A stretch of DNA of 64,000 nucleotides, taken from assembly GCF_009914755.1 (NCBI RefSeq), contig NC_060926.1; one strand, 5' to 3'. The stretch comes from the human T2T-CHM13v2.0 reference genome, Homo sapiens. Under the pieces are notes generated by a model. The model was not told the DNA's origin, searched no databases, and saw only the letters and a list, made by a program, of their open reading frames with translations. The translations under genes were made by a program, and so were the position numbers. Below, in pieces: positions 63,674 to 64,000 of the stretch; the stretch's first letter is position 1, and every line of letters starts with the position of its first letter.

Positions 63674-64000
63674 TGTGTTAGGCTTTTCTCACATTGCTAT
63701 AAAGAAATACCTGGTACTGGGTGATTTACAAAGAAAAGAGGTTCAATTGGCTCGTGGTTCTGCAGGTTGTACAGGAAGCATGGTGCTGGAATCTGCTTGG
63801 CTTTTGTAGAAGTGTCGGGAAACTTACAATCATGGCAGGAGGCAAATGGGGGGCAGGCACCTCACGTGGCAGGAGCAAGAGAGAGCAAGGAATGAGATGC
63901 TACACGCTTTTAAACGACCAGAAATCACAAGAACTCACACACTATTGCAAGGACAGTACCAAGAGGGATGGTGCTAAACTATTCATGAGAAATCCATCCC
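63674..64000 (-). mobile_element. MSTA-like MaLR LTR (cut by window end)
   Basis: cattgctataaagaaatacctg...aagaaaagaggttcaattggctc...aacttacaatcatggcagg. Confidence 0.88.

Overview
AT-rich human/primate genomic DNA lying inside the kynureninase gene KYNU (+ strand), recognised from translated exons that the ORF track misses. The window holds three internal coding exons (2894-3040, 27343-27441 with the PLP-binding Lys276, and 28207-28280) plus an intronic alternative terminal exon from 31104 that ends the short isoform in ...KPARSEFFN*. I found no further exon of the long isoform, so it presumably lies beyond the window. Everything else is intron: a full-length sense L1PA2-like LINE-1 (ORF1/ORF2 disabled, antisense ORF0 intact), an antisense old L1PA15/16-like element, about 12 Alus/monomers, a cluster of MER4-group solo LTRs including a MER41 with STAT1/IRF-type motifs, MaLR LTRs, DNA-transposon relics (Charlie1a, MER58A, Tigger4a, MADE1), MIRs and microsatellites. 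I saw no prokaryotic-type or clearly new biological system. The best leads are regulatory or structural: a candidate MER41 interferon-gamma enhancer, a truncated kynureninase isoform from intronic polyadenylation, inverted Alus around exon 8, intact L1 ORF0/endonuclease, and several template-switch-like palindromes. Repeat subfamily names, exon numbers and residue numbers come from recalled consensus/reference sequences, not from a search.
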